Below are positions 1 through 8,866 of a DNA stretch of 64,000 nucleotides, piece by piece (positions within the stretch are counted from its first letter, which is position 1; each line of letters opens with the position of its first letter). The translations under genes were made by a program, and so were the position numbers. The DNA comes from Syntrophales bacterium (GTDB taxonomy: Bacteria > Desulfobacterota > Syntrophia > Syntrophales > PHBD01), in assembly GCA_963668175.1 (NCBI GenBank), contig OY764159.1:2880001-2944000 (forward strand), in the 5' to 3' direction. The notes under the pieces are model-generated. The model did not search any database. It was not told the DNA's origin and worked only from the letters and a program-made list of their open reading frames with translations.

Positions 1-1890
1 CGGGAAGGCATCTTCCAGAGCACGCCTGAAGGCAGGTTCATCAAGGTCAATCCCGCCATGGCCAGAATGTGGGGATACGCCTCGCCTGCGGAGATGATCG
101 AGGAAGTCAAAGACATTGCGAAACAACACTATGCCGATCCGGATAAACGCGCCGTCTTCTTGGAGACGATGGAAAAGTACGGTGTCGTCGAAGGCTACCT
201 CCACGAGATATGCCGGAAGGACGGAAGCAGGATATGGGTTTCCTTGAATGCCCGGGTCGTCCGGGACGCCTCCGGCCGGATCGCCTTCTACGAAGGCTCC
301 CACGAAGACATCACGGAGCGCCTGGAGATGGAGGCGGCGTTGCGCGAAAGCCGCGAGCTTTACCGGGGCATGTCGGAACAGTCGCACACGGCGATCTGTC
401 TCGTCGACGAGGAGGCGAAAATCGTCTGGGCCAATAAGAAGATGATGGATATCGGGGGATACACGGAAGAGGAATTCTACCGTGCTGAGTCCTTCATACC
501 TTTCCTGGCGCCGGAATCGATCGAATTCGTCGTCGGTAATTTCCGGAAATTCGTTGCCGGCGAACCTTACGAACGGCACTATTTTCTCAACATCGCCCGC
601 AAGGACGGGGATAAGCGCTATTGCGAGAAGTACATGACGGACATCATGGACATGTACGGCAAAAGGCATCTCGTGATCAATATCCTCGACATTACCGACC
701 GGGTCCGCGACGAGGAAGAACGCAAGGCGATGGAAGACCGTCTGCGGCGGTCGGAAAAGATGGAGGCCCTGGGGCTTCTGGCCGGAGGGGTGGCCCACGA
801 CCTGAACAATATCCTCGGCGTCATGGCCGGTTATTCCCAGCTTCTGCGAAGCGAGATAGGCAAGGACAGCGACCTGCGGGAGCACGTCGATTATATCGTC
901 CAATCGAGCGAACGGGCCGCGACAGTCGTTCAGGACCTCCTGACCCTGGCGCGGCGGGGCGCGGCCGTAATGAAAACCCTGGACCTCAACAAGACGGTTT
1001 ACGACTATTTCCGTTCGCCCGAATACGAGGGCATTCTTTCACGGCATCCGAGGGTCCGTCTGAAGATCGAACTTTCCGACACGCTTCTTCGGATCAGCGG
1101 TTCGTCGGTCCATCTCATGAAGACCCTCATGAACCTCGTCGCCAACGCGGCGGAGGCCATGCCGAGGGGCGGCGAACTGACCGTCCGGACGGAAAACCGC
1201 TATCTCGACAGGCCGGTCAAGGGATACGACGACCTGCAGCCGGGCGAGTACGCCGTCCTGTCCGTCTCGGACACGGGCGACGGGATACCGGCACAGGATA
1301 TGAAACGGATCTTTGAGCCTTTCTATACGAAGAAGATGATGGGGCACAGCGGAACGGGACTGGGACTGACGGTCGTCTGGGGGACCGTGAAGGACCACAA
1401 CGGCTATATCGACGTGGAGAGCGCCGAGGGCCGGGGAACGACCTTCTCCCTCTATTTTCCGGCAACGCGTGACGAAAACGGGGAACTGTCCGTATTGCCC
1501 GAAGCCATGTACATGGGGCGGGGCGAGTCGATTCTGGTGGTGGACGACGTGCAGGGGCAGCGCGACCTCGCGACGAGAATGCTGACGAAGCTCAACTACC
1601 GGGCGGTCGCCGTCGCCAGCGGCGAAGAGGCCGTCGAGTACCTGAAATGGAACGCCTGCGACCTGATGATCCTCGATATGATCATGGACCCGGGTATCGA
1701 CGGCCTGGAAACGTACCGACGCATCGTCGCGTTCAGGCCCGGTCAGAAGGCCATCATCGTCAGCGGCTACGCCGAGACGGAAAGGGTCGCCAAGGCCCAG
1801 GAATGCGGCGCGGGGGCCTACGTCAGGAAACCCTACATGCTGGAAAGGCTGGGAATGGAAGTGCGGAAGGAACTGGACAAACCGTCGTGA
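1..1890 (+). CDS. Hybrid PAS sensor histidine kinase/response regulator (5'-truncated by the window edge)
   Basis: Frame is open from base 1 (REGIFQSTPEGRF...). Two PAS/PAC domains, H-box GGVAHDLNNIL, N-box NLVANAAEAM, G-boxes DTGDG/GTGLGL, C-terminal REC (ILVVDD...LDMIM...KP). Confidence 0.95.
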   Translation, partial: REGIFQSTPEGRFIKVNPAMARMWGYASPAEMIEEVKDIAKQHYADPDKRAVFLETMEKYGVVEGYLHEICRKDGSRIWVSLNARVVRDASGRIAFYEGSHEDITERLEMEAALRESRELYRGMSEQSHTAICLVDEEAKIVWANKKMMDIGGYTEEEFYRAESFIPFLAPESIEFVVGNFRKFVAGEPYERHYFLNIARKDGDKRYCEKYMTDIMDMYGKRHLVINILDITDRVRDEEERKAMEDRLRRSEKMEALGLLAGGVAHDLNNILGVMAGYSQLLRSEIGKDSDLREHVDYIVQSSERAATVVQDLLTLARRGAAVMKTLDLNKTVYDYFRSPEYEGILSRHPRVRLKIELSDTLLRISGSSVHLMKTLMNLVANAAEAMPRGGELTVRTENRYLDRPVKGYDDLQPGEYAVLSVSDTGDGIPAQDMKRIFEPFYTKKMMGHSGTGLGLTVVWGTVKDHNGYIDVESAEGRGTTFSLYFPATRDENGELSVLPEAMYMGRGESILVVDDVQGQRDLATRMLTKLNYRAVAVASGEEAVEYLKWNACDLMILDMIMDPGIDGLETYRRIVAFRPGQKAIIVSGYAETERVAKAQECGAGAYVRKPYMLERLGMEVRKELDKPS

Positions 1891-1981
1891 CCGGCGCGGT
1901 GTCGGCGATTGCGCGTGCGGTCCCGTCCTGCCTTTCTGTCCGGGCGGTTCTGTCCGGGGCGTCCCGGCATGCTTCCCTATA

Positions 1982-2434
1982 TCACGCTTCCGAAGCGGTC
2001 TTTTCCCGGAACCCCTTCGAAAGTTCTGCCAGGCGTTTTTTCTGGGCCTTCTCCGCGAGGAACCTCTCGGTGATGTCGCGGCCGACGGCCGCCGCTCCCT
2101 GGACCGTTCCGCTATCATCCCGTACGAGGGCAAAGCTCAGATCGACGTAGATCGTCTTACCGCTGCCGTGAAGGGCGCGCGTCGGCATCGACCTGTTCCC
2201 CAGTTTCAGAACACCCGTCGCCACGGCGAGGCGATAGGCCCCCCAGTGCCGGGCGCGAAGCGCCTCCGGGATGATCGCATCGATGCTTTTGCCCTCGATC
2301 TCATGCCGGGCAAATCCGAAGACGGACTCCGCCCCACGGTTCCACAGGCGGACGATGCCATTCACGTCGGCGAAGATGACCGCTTCGGGCACCTGTTCCA
2401 CGATGTGTCGATAGAGGCTGGCGTCGTCGTTCAT
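1982..2434 (-). CDS. Stand-alone PAS domain protein (FixL-like, possibly heme-binding)
   Basis: EAVIFAD..GIVRLWNRGAESVFG, IIPEALRARHW, GRDITER. Start at MNDD is an estimate. Confidence 0.85.
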   Translation of the reverse strand: MNDDASLYRHIVEQVPEAVIFADVNGIVRLWNRGAESVFGFARHEIEGKSIDAIIPEALRARHWGAYRLAVATGVLKLGNRSMPTRALHGSGKTIYVDLSFALVRDDSGTVQGAAAVGRDITERFLAEKAQKKRLAELSKGFREKTASEA

Positions 2435-2461
2435 TGGGCCCGTCTCATGTCCTTTTCCGGG

Positions 2462-2500
2462 CAAAAAAAGACAGCCTTTTCACCAGGCTGTCTTTTTTTG
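2462..2500. terminator. Bidirectional rho-independent terminator
   Basis: CAAAAAAAGACAGCC-loop-GGCTGTCTTTTTTTG perfect stem with A/T tails, just downstream of the usp gene. Confidence 0.85.
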
Positions 2501-2515
2501 TCATTCGGATCGAAG

Positions 2516-2956
2516 TTACTCCTTGACGAGAAGGACGGGGCACTTGGCTCCCCGGACGACCTTGTCCGCGATGCTCCCCAGGTGCTGAATCAGACCCGTT
2601 TTGCCATGCGAACCTATCACGATCAGGTCGATGTTCTTGTCCTGCTGTTCTTTAATGATCGTTTCGTAGGCGTCGCCCTTTTGGACGTCGAAGACGATCG
2701 GGACGCCGTTGGCGGAGACGGCCGCTGTCTCTTTTTTCAGCTGTTCCTCGGCAAACTTCACGCTTTGTTTTTCGACCTGCTCTACGAGTGCGAAGTCGAT
2801 GCAGTAATCGACGGCACATTGGGCGATCCTGTCGACCACGTGTAGGAGGTAAATCTTCGACTTGTGCTGAGTTGCTATATCCACGGCCTTCTGCAAGGCC
2901 TTATCCGAAAAATCGGAGAAATCGGTAGGAACCAGAATATTCTTCGGCGCGAACAT
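2516..2956 (-). CDS. Universal stress protein
   Basis: KNILVPTDFS, DLIVIGSHGKTG, LGSIADKVVRGAKCPVLLVK. GGAGG RBS before MFAPK. Confidence 0.95.
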   Translation of the reverse strand: MFAPKNILVPTDFSDFSDKALQKAVDIATQHKSKIYLLHVVDRIAQCAVDYCIDFALVEQVEKQSVKFAEEQLKKETAAVSANGVPIVFDVQKGDAYETIIKEQQDKNIDLIVIGSHGKTGLIQHLGSIADKVVRGAKCPVLLVKE

Positions 2957-2979
2957 GTTCGTTTCCTCCTTTCGTTTCA

Positions 2980-3240
2980 TTACTTGCCGCTGCAAAGTTC
3001 TTCCATCTTCTTGAAATGATCGTCGGCGAACGTCTTGAAACTGTCCCGGCCCTGCCTGTACGTGCCGAACCAGTTATCAACCGTCTTCTTCGCTTCTTCC
3101 GGAAACAGGGGGGACTGGGCCATCATCTGCGCGAAGGCCTTCTCCGTCTGGTCCTGCAAGACACAGATGGCGCCGAAATAATTGTTGAACATGGTCTTGT
3201 TGAACTCAATCATCTGTTTGCCTATCTGCTTGGGGTCCAT
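2980..3240 (-). CDS. Small helical protein, phasin-like
   Basis: 86 aa amphipathic all-alpha pattern (KQMIEFNKTMFNN...QDQTEK) with a strong AGGAGG RBS. Phasin similarity is from recollection only. Confidence 0.5.
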   Translation of the reverse strand: MDPKQIGKQMIEFNKTMFNNYFGAICVLQDQTEKAFAQMMAQSPLFPEEAKKTVDNWFGTYRQGRDSFKTFADDHFKKMEELCSGK

Positions 3241-3410
3241 ATCTTCCTCCTTTCTCCTCCCGACGGCGGTAAGTATTTGTATAATATATATAGGGATCGC
3301 AGGGATGAAAAGCAACGGGGGCAGAACGAGAGCCGATTGGTAGGTCGCTGCTTACAATGGTAAAAAATCAGCCTTCATGAAGCTTTCCCGAAGGCAAAGC
3401 AGCGGAGACG

Positions 3411-3486
3411 GACCGGACCGCAGGGGGCCGGGAGGCGCGCCTTTCGGGGCGGCCGCCTCATCCGTGCCTCACTTGTCGGTCCGGTC
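3411..3486. repeat. Long GC-rich hairpin immediately downstream of bfr
   Basis: GACCGGACCG ... CGGTCCGGTC outer stem enclosing a GAGGCG/CGCCTC inner stem. Confidence 0.5.
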
Positions 3487-3953
3487 TAGGAAAGCTGTTC
3501 GGACAGGTAGTTCTGAATGCCGATCTGGTGGATCTGGTCGAGCTGGGCCTCCAGAAAATCGAGATGCTTCTCTTCGTCGTTCAGGATGTCCTGAAGCATA
3601 TCGCGCGTCCCGTTGTCGCCGAGTTCCGCCGCCAGGCGAATACCGTCGTTGTAGCTTGCGATGGCCCCCAGCTCCGAGGCGAGGTCGTTCTTGTGCTGTA
3701 TCGCCACTTCCGCGCCTATCTCGATTTTCTTATAATGGCTCATGTTGGGACGGCCTTCCAGAAAGAGGATGCGGGCGATGAGCTTCTCGGCGTGCTTCAT
3801 TTCGTCGATGGCCCTCTTCTCGTCGGCCTTGTGAAGCTTTTCGTATCCCCAGTTGTCGCACATCTCCGCGTGGACCATGTACTGGTTGACGGCGGTCAGC
3901 TCGTCCGACAGGAGATCGTTCAGTTTTTCGATGACTTTTTCGTTACCTTTCAT
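3486..3953 (-). CDS. bfr: Bacterioferritin
   Basis: MKGNEKVIEKLN..L..ELTAVNQY.VH, AIDEMKHA (heme Met and ferroxidase ligands), DEEKHLDFLE, IGIQNYL. Confidence 0.96.
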   Translation of the reverse strand: MKGNEKVIEKLNDLLSDELTAVNQYMVHAEMCDNWGYEKLHKADEKRAIDEMKHAEKLIARILFLEGRPNMSHYKKIEIGAEVAIQHKNDLASELGAIASYNDGIRLAAELGDNGTRDMLQDILNDEEKHLDFLEAQLDQIHQIGIQNYLSEQLS

Positions 3954-4032
3954 GCAATGGCTCCTTTCCATGCTCTATTTTTAGCCTTTCGCAACCTTCG
4001 GCCGCGAAAGTTTTTTGGTCTTCTCTTCTTCT

Positions 4033-4413
4033 CTATTTCGCCTCGCCGCCGACGGTCATCTCGACGGTCTTGTGCCCGAAGAGGCTGCACGTCGCCGTGA
4101 CTTCGATCTTATCGCCCGCCTTGGCCTCCACTTTATACGTATAGGTGTATGTGTCCGTATCGGGTTGTCTTTCATAGGTGTTGTTGCTTGCTTCGGTCCC
4201 GTTCTTCTTAATCGCAACCGTCTTGATGTAATGCCAGCCGGGCGCCGCCGACGGGTGCGTGATGGCGACGGACAGGGTCTGCGAAGCCGCGTCGTATTCG
4301 AGGACCACATTTTTCGGGGCGTTGGCGAAGGAAGACTGAACCGCCGTCAGAATGAAGATGACGGCGAGGACGGCGATCAGAACGCTTTTTACTTTTTTGC
4401 TTGTCTTTGTCAT
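4033..4413 (-). CDS. Exported protein with superoxide reductase/desulfoferrodoxin-like Ig fold
   Basis: Signal peptide ending SSFA. THP....WHYIK and ATCSLFG resemble the SOR HP...HYI and CxxHG motifs. Confidence 0.6.
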   Translation of the reverse strand: MTKTSKKVKSVLIAVLAVIFILTAVQSSFANAPKNVVLEYDAASQTLSVAITHPSAAPGWHYIKTVAIKKNGTEASNNTYERQPDTDTYTYTYKVEAKAGDKIEVTATCSLFGHKTVEMTVGGEAK

Positions 4414-4414
4414 T

Positions 4415-5833
4415 CTAAGTCTCCCGGTTATTTCCATGAGTGTTACACATCCGGGACGGGCGGGCCCGCCCCCCCTTGCCCTTTTCCATGCCGTGATATC
4501 GTACTCCCCTGCGTTCCGTTTCGACGGGCTGCGGCGAGAATATCTTCCTGGGAAAGAAGCAGTACGGACATTCCGTATGGGGCTTCCTGCCGTAATACAT
4601 CTTGCCGCATGTCGGGCAGCGGCGCTGGAACAGACCGCCGCGACCGGTGATGATGTCCCTTTTCGCGGCGCGGCAGGCGTCCCGGGAGGACGGCCGCAAC
4701 CGGCCGGGGCTGTTCATCACGGCGCCGGCCAGGACGATGCGCCGGATTTCGCTGACGTTCTCCTGTATCCTCAGGAGACGGATGTCGTGGTACCGCTGCT
4801 CCGCGGCCATCATTTGCGTACAGCCGCACTCTGCGAAGATATCCATGGCGTCGTTGGCGAGTTCCCAGGCCATGGCATAGATCTTGTCCATCGACGGCGT
4901 GAAGGACCGTTCCATGTTCTTGTCGAGTTCCCAGGCCGCTTTCCACGTCAGGAGCCTTGCCGCAACGAGCTTTTTCCGCATTCCGGCGAGTTTCCCTTCG
5001 ATCGCCGCGGTCGTCATCCCCGGGCTTCGGCGTCTGTCGGCATGGTCGGCGGCAAATTCCACGGCCGAACGGGCCGTTCCCACTGCCAGGGCGCTCACCA
5101 TCGGTCTTATACGGCTGAAGGCCTTTACGGCGAGATCCAGGCCTTCGCCGGGTTCCGCCATCACGGCGCGCGCAGGCACGAACACATTGTTGAAGGCGAT
5201 TCCCGCCGTAAGCGAACGGCGTTGACCGTGCCTCGGGACCGTCCGGCACACGGATACGCCCGGGGAGGCCAGTTCGACCAGGAAGGCCCCGATGTCCCCG
5301 GCGCCGCCTGACGCCCCCGTTCCGGCGAAAACGCACATGTAATCGGCGATGCCGCCGTTTACGACCGAATATACCGCCCCGTTCAGGATGAAGCCTCCAT
5401 CCGTCTCGTCTGCGCGGCAGCGGCAATCCGCCGTACTTTCCCCGACGACGGTTTCCGAGGCGGCAAAGCAGATCAATTTGAACGAGGAGGCAATATCCTT
5501 AAGAAAACGGGTCTTCAGCTCTTCGTTCCGTGTGAGTATCAAGGGGGCAATACTCAGGGAGTTGTCGAAGATCGACATGGCGATTCCCGGACAAGCGGCG
5601 GCGATCTCCTCGATCATCATGACGACATCGAGGAACCGATAGCCCCTGCCGCCATACCGGGCCGGGATGTCGGCGCTCAGGATGCCCGCCTCGAAAGCCT
5701 TTTTCAGGATATCGAGGGGCATGTAATCTTCTTCGTCGTAATACCACGCTACGGGCAGGATTTCCTGCCGGGCGAATTCACAGGCCATCCGCCGGATGCT
5801 TGTTTGGTTCTCTGTAAGTCCGGTATCCGGCAT
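4415..5833 (-). CDS. Degenerate acyl-CoA dehydrogenase paralog with C-terminal rubredoxin-like domain
   Basis: Colinear with the neighbouring ACAD, but FAD and catalytic motifs are altered. CPTCG...CPYCFFP is retained. GGAGG RBS before MPDTG. Confidence 0.8.
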   Translation of the reverse strand: MPDTGLTENQTSIRRMACEFARQEILPVAWYYDEEDYMPLDILKKAFEAGILSADIPARYGGRGYRFLDVVMMIEEIAAACPGIAMSIFDNSLSIAPLILTRNEELKTRFLKDIASSFKLICFAASETVVGESTADCRCRADETDGGFILNGAVYSVVNGGIADYMCVFAGTGASGGAGDIGAFLVELASPGVSVCRTVPRHGQRRSLTAGIAFNNVFVPARAVMAEPGEGLDLAVKAFSRIRPMVSALAVGTARSAVEFAADHADRRRSPGMTTAAIEGKLAGMRKKLVAARLLTWKAAWELDKNMERSFTPSMDKIYAMAWELANDAMDIFAECGCTQMMAAEQRYHDIRLLRIQENVSEIRRIVLAGAVMNSPGRLRPSSRDACRAAKRDIITGRGGLFQRRCPTCGKMYYGRKPHTECPYCFFPRKIFSPQPVETERRGVRYHGMEKGKGGRARPSRMCNTHGNNRET

Positions 5834-5931
5834 ATCCTTACCTCCTGCCTCGTCCCCCTCGGTGCTCAACGGCGGAAACGGAGCCCAAGACCGGTCGGGA
5901 AGAGACGACATGTTCACGCTTATTGACGTTC

Positions 5932-7284
5932 TCATGCGATCGCCTTTGTTCCTGTAGCCGCCTTCTTGAAGGCCGTGGCCGGGAAGAAACAGTACGGGCA
6001 TTCGGCCGGCGGCTCTTTGCCGTAATGGACGTTGCCGCAGATGCGGCAGCGCCACGCGAAGACGCCTTCCGCCGCCATGGCGGCGATTTCGACCGGATCG
6101 TGCCTGACGAGGGGCAGGTCCTCCAGCGGCGGCATCACGGGCTTGTAGCCATTGAGAGCCGCCCCCGCAAGAATGATGCGCTGGATCTCGCTTGTGCCCT
6201 CGTATATCCGGAGAAGCCTCATGTCGCGCAGGAGCTTTTCGATGGGGAACATCCGCGTATAGCCGTAGCCTCCGAATATCTGCATGGCGTCGTTGACCAC
6301 CTCCCACGCCGCCTCGGTGGCATAGAGCTTGGCGACGGACGCCTGGTTCGTCGCGTCCCGTCCCTGGTCCACTTCCCAGGCGGCCCTCCAGGTCAGGAGG
6401 CGCGCCGTTTCCACTTTCTGGTACATGTCGGCCAGCTTGAACTGCGTCGCCTCGAAATCGGCGAGGGCTTTCCCGAAGGCGCGCCTCTTCTTCGCGTAGT
6501 CGATGGCGAATTCCATGGCAGAGCGCGCAGCGCCGATGGCAAAGGCCCCGATGGCGGGACGCGTCCTGGCGAAGGTCTGCATGGCGAGGATGAAGCCTTC
6601 GCCCGGGGGGGCGAGCATGTTTTCTTTCGATACCTCGACGTCCTGGAATTTAACCCCGGCCGTGTTCGAACAGCGCTGGCCGAGTTTGGGGATCGGACGG
6701 CTGACGGATATGCCCGGCCCGTCCAGCGGAACGAAAAAAGCGGCGATGCCCGCGTAGCCCTTGGACGGGTCGGCGGTGGCAAAGACGCTCATGTAGTCGG
6801 CGATGCCGCCGTTCGTGACCCAGTATTTCGTGCCGTTGAGGACGTAGCCGCCGCTCTTCTCCTCGGCGCGGCAACGGAGCCCCGCCACGTCCGATCCCAT
6901 GCCGGGCTCCGATGTGGCGAAGCAGATCAGCTTTGAGGTTCGGGCGAAAGTCGGCAGAAAAGCGTTCTTCAGGCTTTCATTCTTGGAAAGAAGCAGGGGC
7001 GACATGCCGAGCGAATTGTCGAAGACCGACGTGGCGACGCCCGCGCAGGCCGCCGCGATCTCCTCGATCATGAGGACGATCTCGAAAAGTCCGTATCCCC
7101 TGCCGCCGTATGCGGCGGGAATGTCGGCGTTGGCGATGCCGGCTTCGAAGGCCTTCTTCAGGATTTTTACCGGGACGTCGTCCCGTTCGTCGTAGTACCA
7201 GACCTCCGGCAGGACCTCTTTCAGCGCGAATTCCCTGGCCCGCCGCTGGATATCGATCTGTTCCGGCGTCAAACTGAAATCCAT
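5932..7284 (-). CDS. Acyl-CoA dehydrogenase fused to a C-terminal rubredoxin-like domain
   Basis: FATSEPGMGSDV, NGTKYWVTNG, KLGQR, RRAFG, QIFGGYGY, RIYEGTSEIQR, then WRCRICG-x11-CPYC. Confidence 0.95.
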   Translation of the reverse strand: MDFSLTPEQIDIQRRAREFALKEVLPEVWYYDERDDVPVKILKKAFEAGIANADIPAAYGGRGYGLFEIVLMIEEIAAACAGVATSVFDNSLGMSPLLLSKNESLKNAFLPTFARTSKLICFATSEPGMGSDVAGLRCRAEEKSGGYVLNGTKYWVTNGGIADYMSVFATADPSKGYAGIAAFFVPLDGPGISVSRPIPKLGQRCSNTAGVKFQDVEVSKENMLAPPGEGFILAMQTFARTRPAIGAFAIGAARSAMEFAIDYAKKRRAFGKALADFEATQFKLADMYQKVETARLLTWRAAWEVDQGRDATNQASVAKLYATEAAWEVVNDAMQIFGGYGYTRMFPIEKLLRDMRLLRIYEGTSEIQRIILAGAALNGYKPVMPPLEDLPLVRHDPVEIAAMAAEGVFAWRCRICGNVHYGKEPPAECPYCFFPATAFKKAATGTKAIA

Positions 7285-7582
7285 CGATGATCTCCCTTAT
7301 ATTGCGCATTACGGACGGCGCAACCTTCCCCCGCAGGTTGACGCTACCATTTATCTTCGGTGCGGCCCTAAATTAATGAAAAGGTCAGGTCATGACAATG
7401 AGGATAATTTACGCGGATTATGGGAGGCTGTTCCTACTGATAGTGCGTCGCTGTCGCCCGCAACGCCTGCCCGGCGCAAATAGTCTTCGGCCGCTTTGAC
7501 CGGATGCGGATGCCATCGAAGCGGATCGGCATGCAAATACCCCGATCTTTACCGTTCGCAAGCGGGACGTCGGCGCGATTCG

Positions 7583-8826
7583 TCAGGAGGCGAGGGAGAG
7601 GAGGTAGGCCCTGAGGTTCGATTTCTGGTTCTTGATGCCGAATTTCGCCCGGAGATTTTTCCTGTGGAAGTCCACGGCCGTGGAGGAGATATTGAGCAAT
7701 TCCGTGATCTCCTTGGTCGTCTTGCCTTCTTTGACGAGGTTCGCCACCTGGATTTCGCGGGGCGTGAGGCCGAGGTAGGACGACGTCAGGTTGTGCAGGA
7801 AGGGCGAGATGATGTCGTTCAGGTGGGCCTCGATGATGTCGAGCTGCGCCATCTGGTACTCGTTCAGCTTGTAATGCCGCATGTTTTCCACGTAGGGCAG
7901 GACGAGCTTCTTGACGTTCGCCAGGACGTGCTCCTGGAGGTTGGACTTGTCCTCCTCCCGGTGCTTGAGGAGGACTTTCAGGGCCGTGTTCGCCTCTTCC
8001 AGGCTCTGGGATTTCATCTCCAGTTCCTGTTCCCGGCGTTTCAGGGCCTCTTCCGTCGCCTTCCGGCCGGTGATGTCCAGCAGGGACATGACGGCCCGTT
8101 TCGCCGACGGCACCATGGCGATATTCGCCAGGACGTTCAAAATGGCCCCCTGCCTGTTGACGATGCGGAACTCGAAGCCATCCGCCGGCGTCTGGAAATC
8201 CTTCTTCCAGGGCTGCCTGCACGCGGATACCGGCCCAGGTCCTCTTCGACGACGAATTCGATCCAGCTCTTCTTGCCCACGATCTCCGAGCGCATGTAGC
8301 CGGATATCCTTTCGAAGCCGCGGTTCGCCAGGACAATGGTCGTGTCCTCCTCGAAAATGATCATCGCCGTGCCGGTGTTTTCGAAGATGGTCCGGTAGCG
8401 GTCTTCCGATTCCTTGAGTTCCGCTTCGACGCGCCGGCGCTCTTCCCTTTCGTTATATTCGTGCAGGGCCCGGGAGACGGCGGGCCCCAGCCGGGAAAGC
8501 CTGCTTTTCAGCACGTAGTCGGTGGCGCCCTTCTTGAGAAGCTCGATCGCCATCTCCTCCCCCAGCGCCCCCGATACGAAAATGAAGGGCACTTCGGGGC
8601 ATATCTCCTGGGCGAGGGTCAGCGCCGACAGCCCGTCGAAGGAAGGGAGCGAATAGTCGGAAAGGATGATATCCGGGCAACGCTCTTCCAGCGCCTTGAC
8701 GAATGAGGCCCTGGTGGAGACGCGCTGGGAAACGAAGACAAGGCCCGATTCCCGAAGTTCGAATTCCATCAGCTCCGCATCCGTCACGACATCTTCCAGG
8801 ATGAGTATCTTCAGTTCGCTGTTCAT
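7583..8826 (-). pseudogene. REC-PAS-LuxR(HTH) response regulator split by a 1-nt frameshift near 8232 (real or sequencing error)
   Basis: ORF 8137..8826 (REC plus the start of a PAS) and the frame of ORF 7583..8140 (end of PAS plus LTPREIQVANLVKEGKTTKEI HTH) join as ..EDLGR-VSACRQPW..FEFRIVNRQG if one G is added. Confidence 0.85.
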
Positions 8827-8866
8827 CGCACAACCCCCGCAAATTTAATGGATGCCCCCGCCCGTT

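Noticed and set aside
5834..6307. N-terminal extension of the 630-aa ORF 4415..6307
   Set aside because: It overlaps the upstream ACAD out of frame. Homology and the RBS place the start at 5833.
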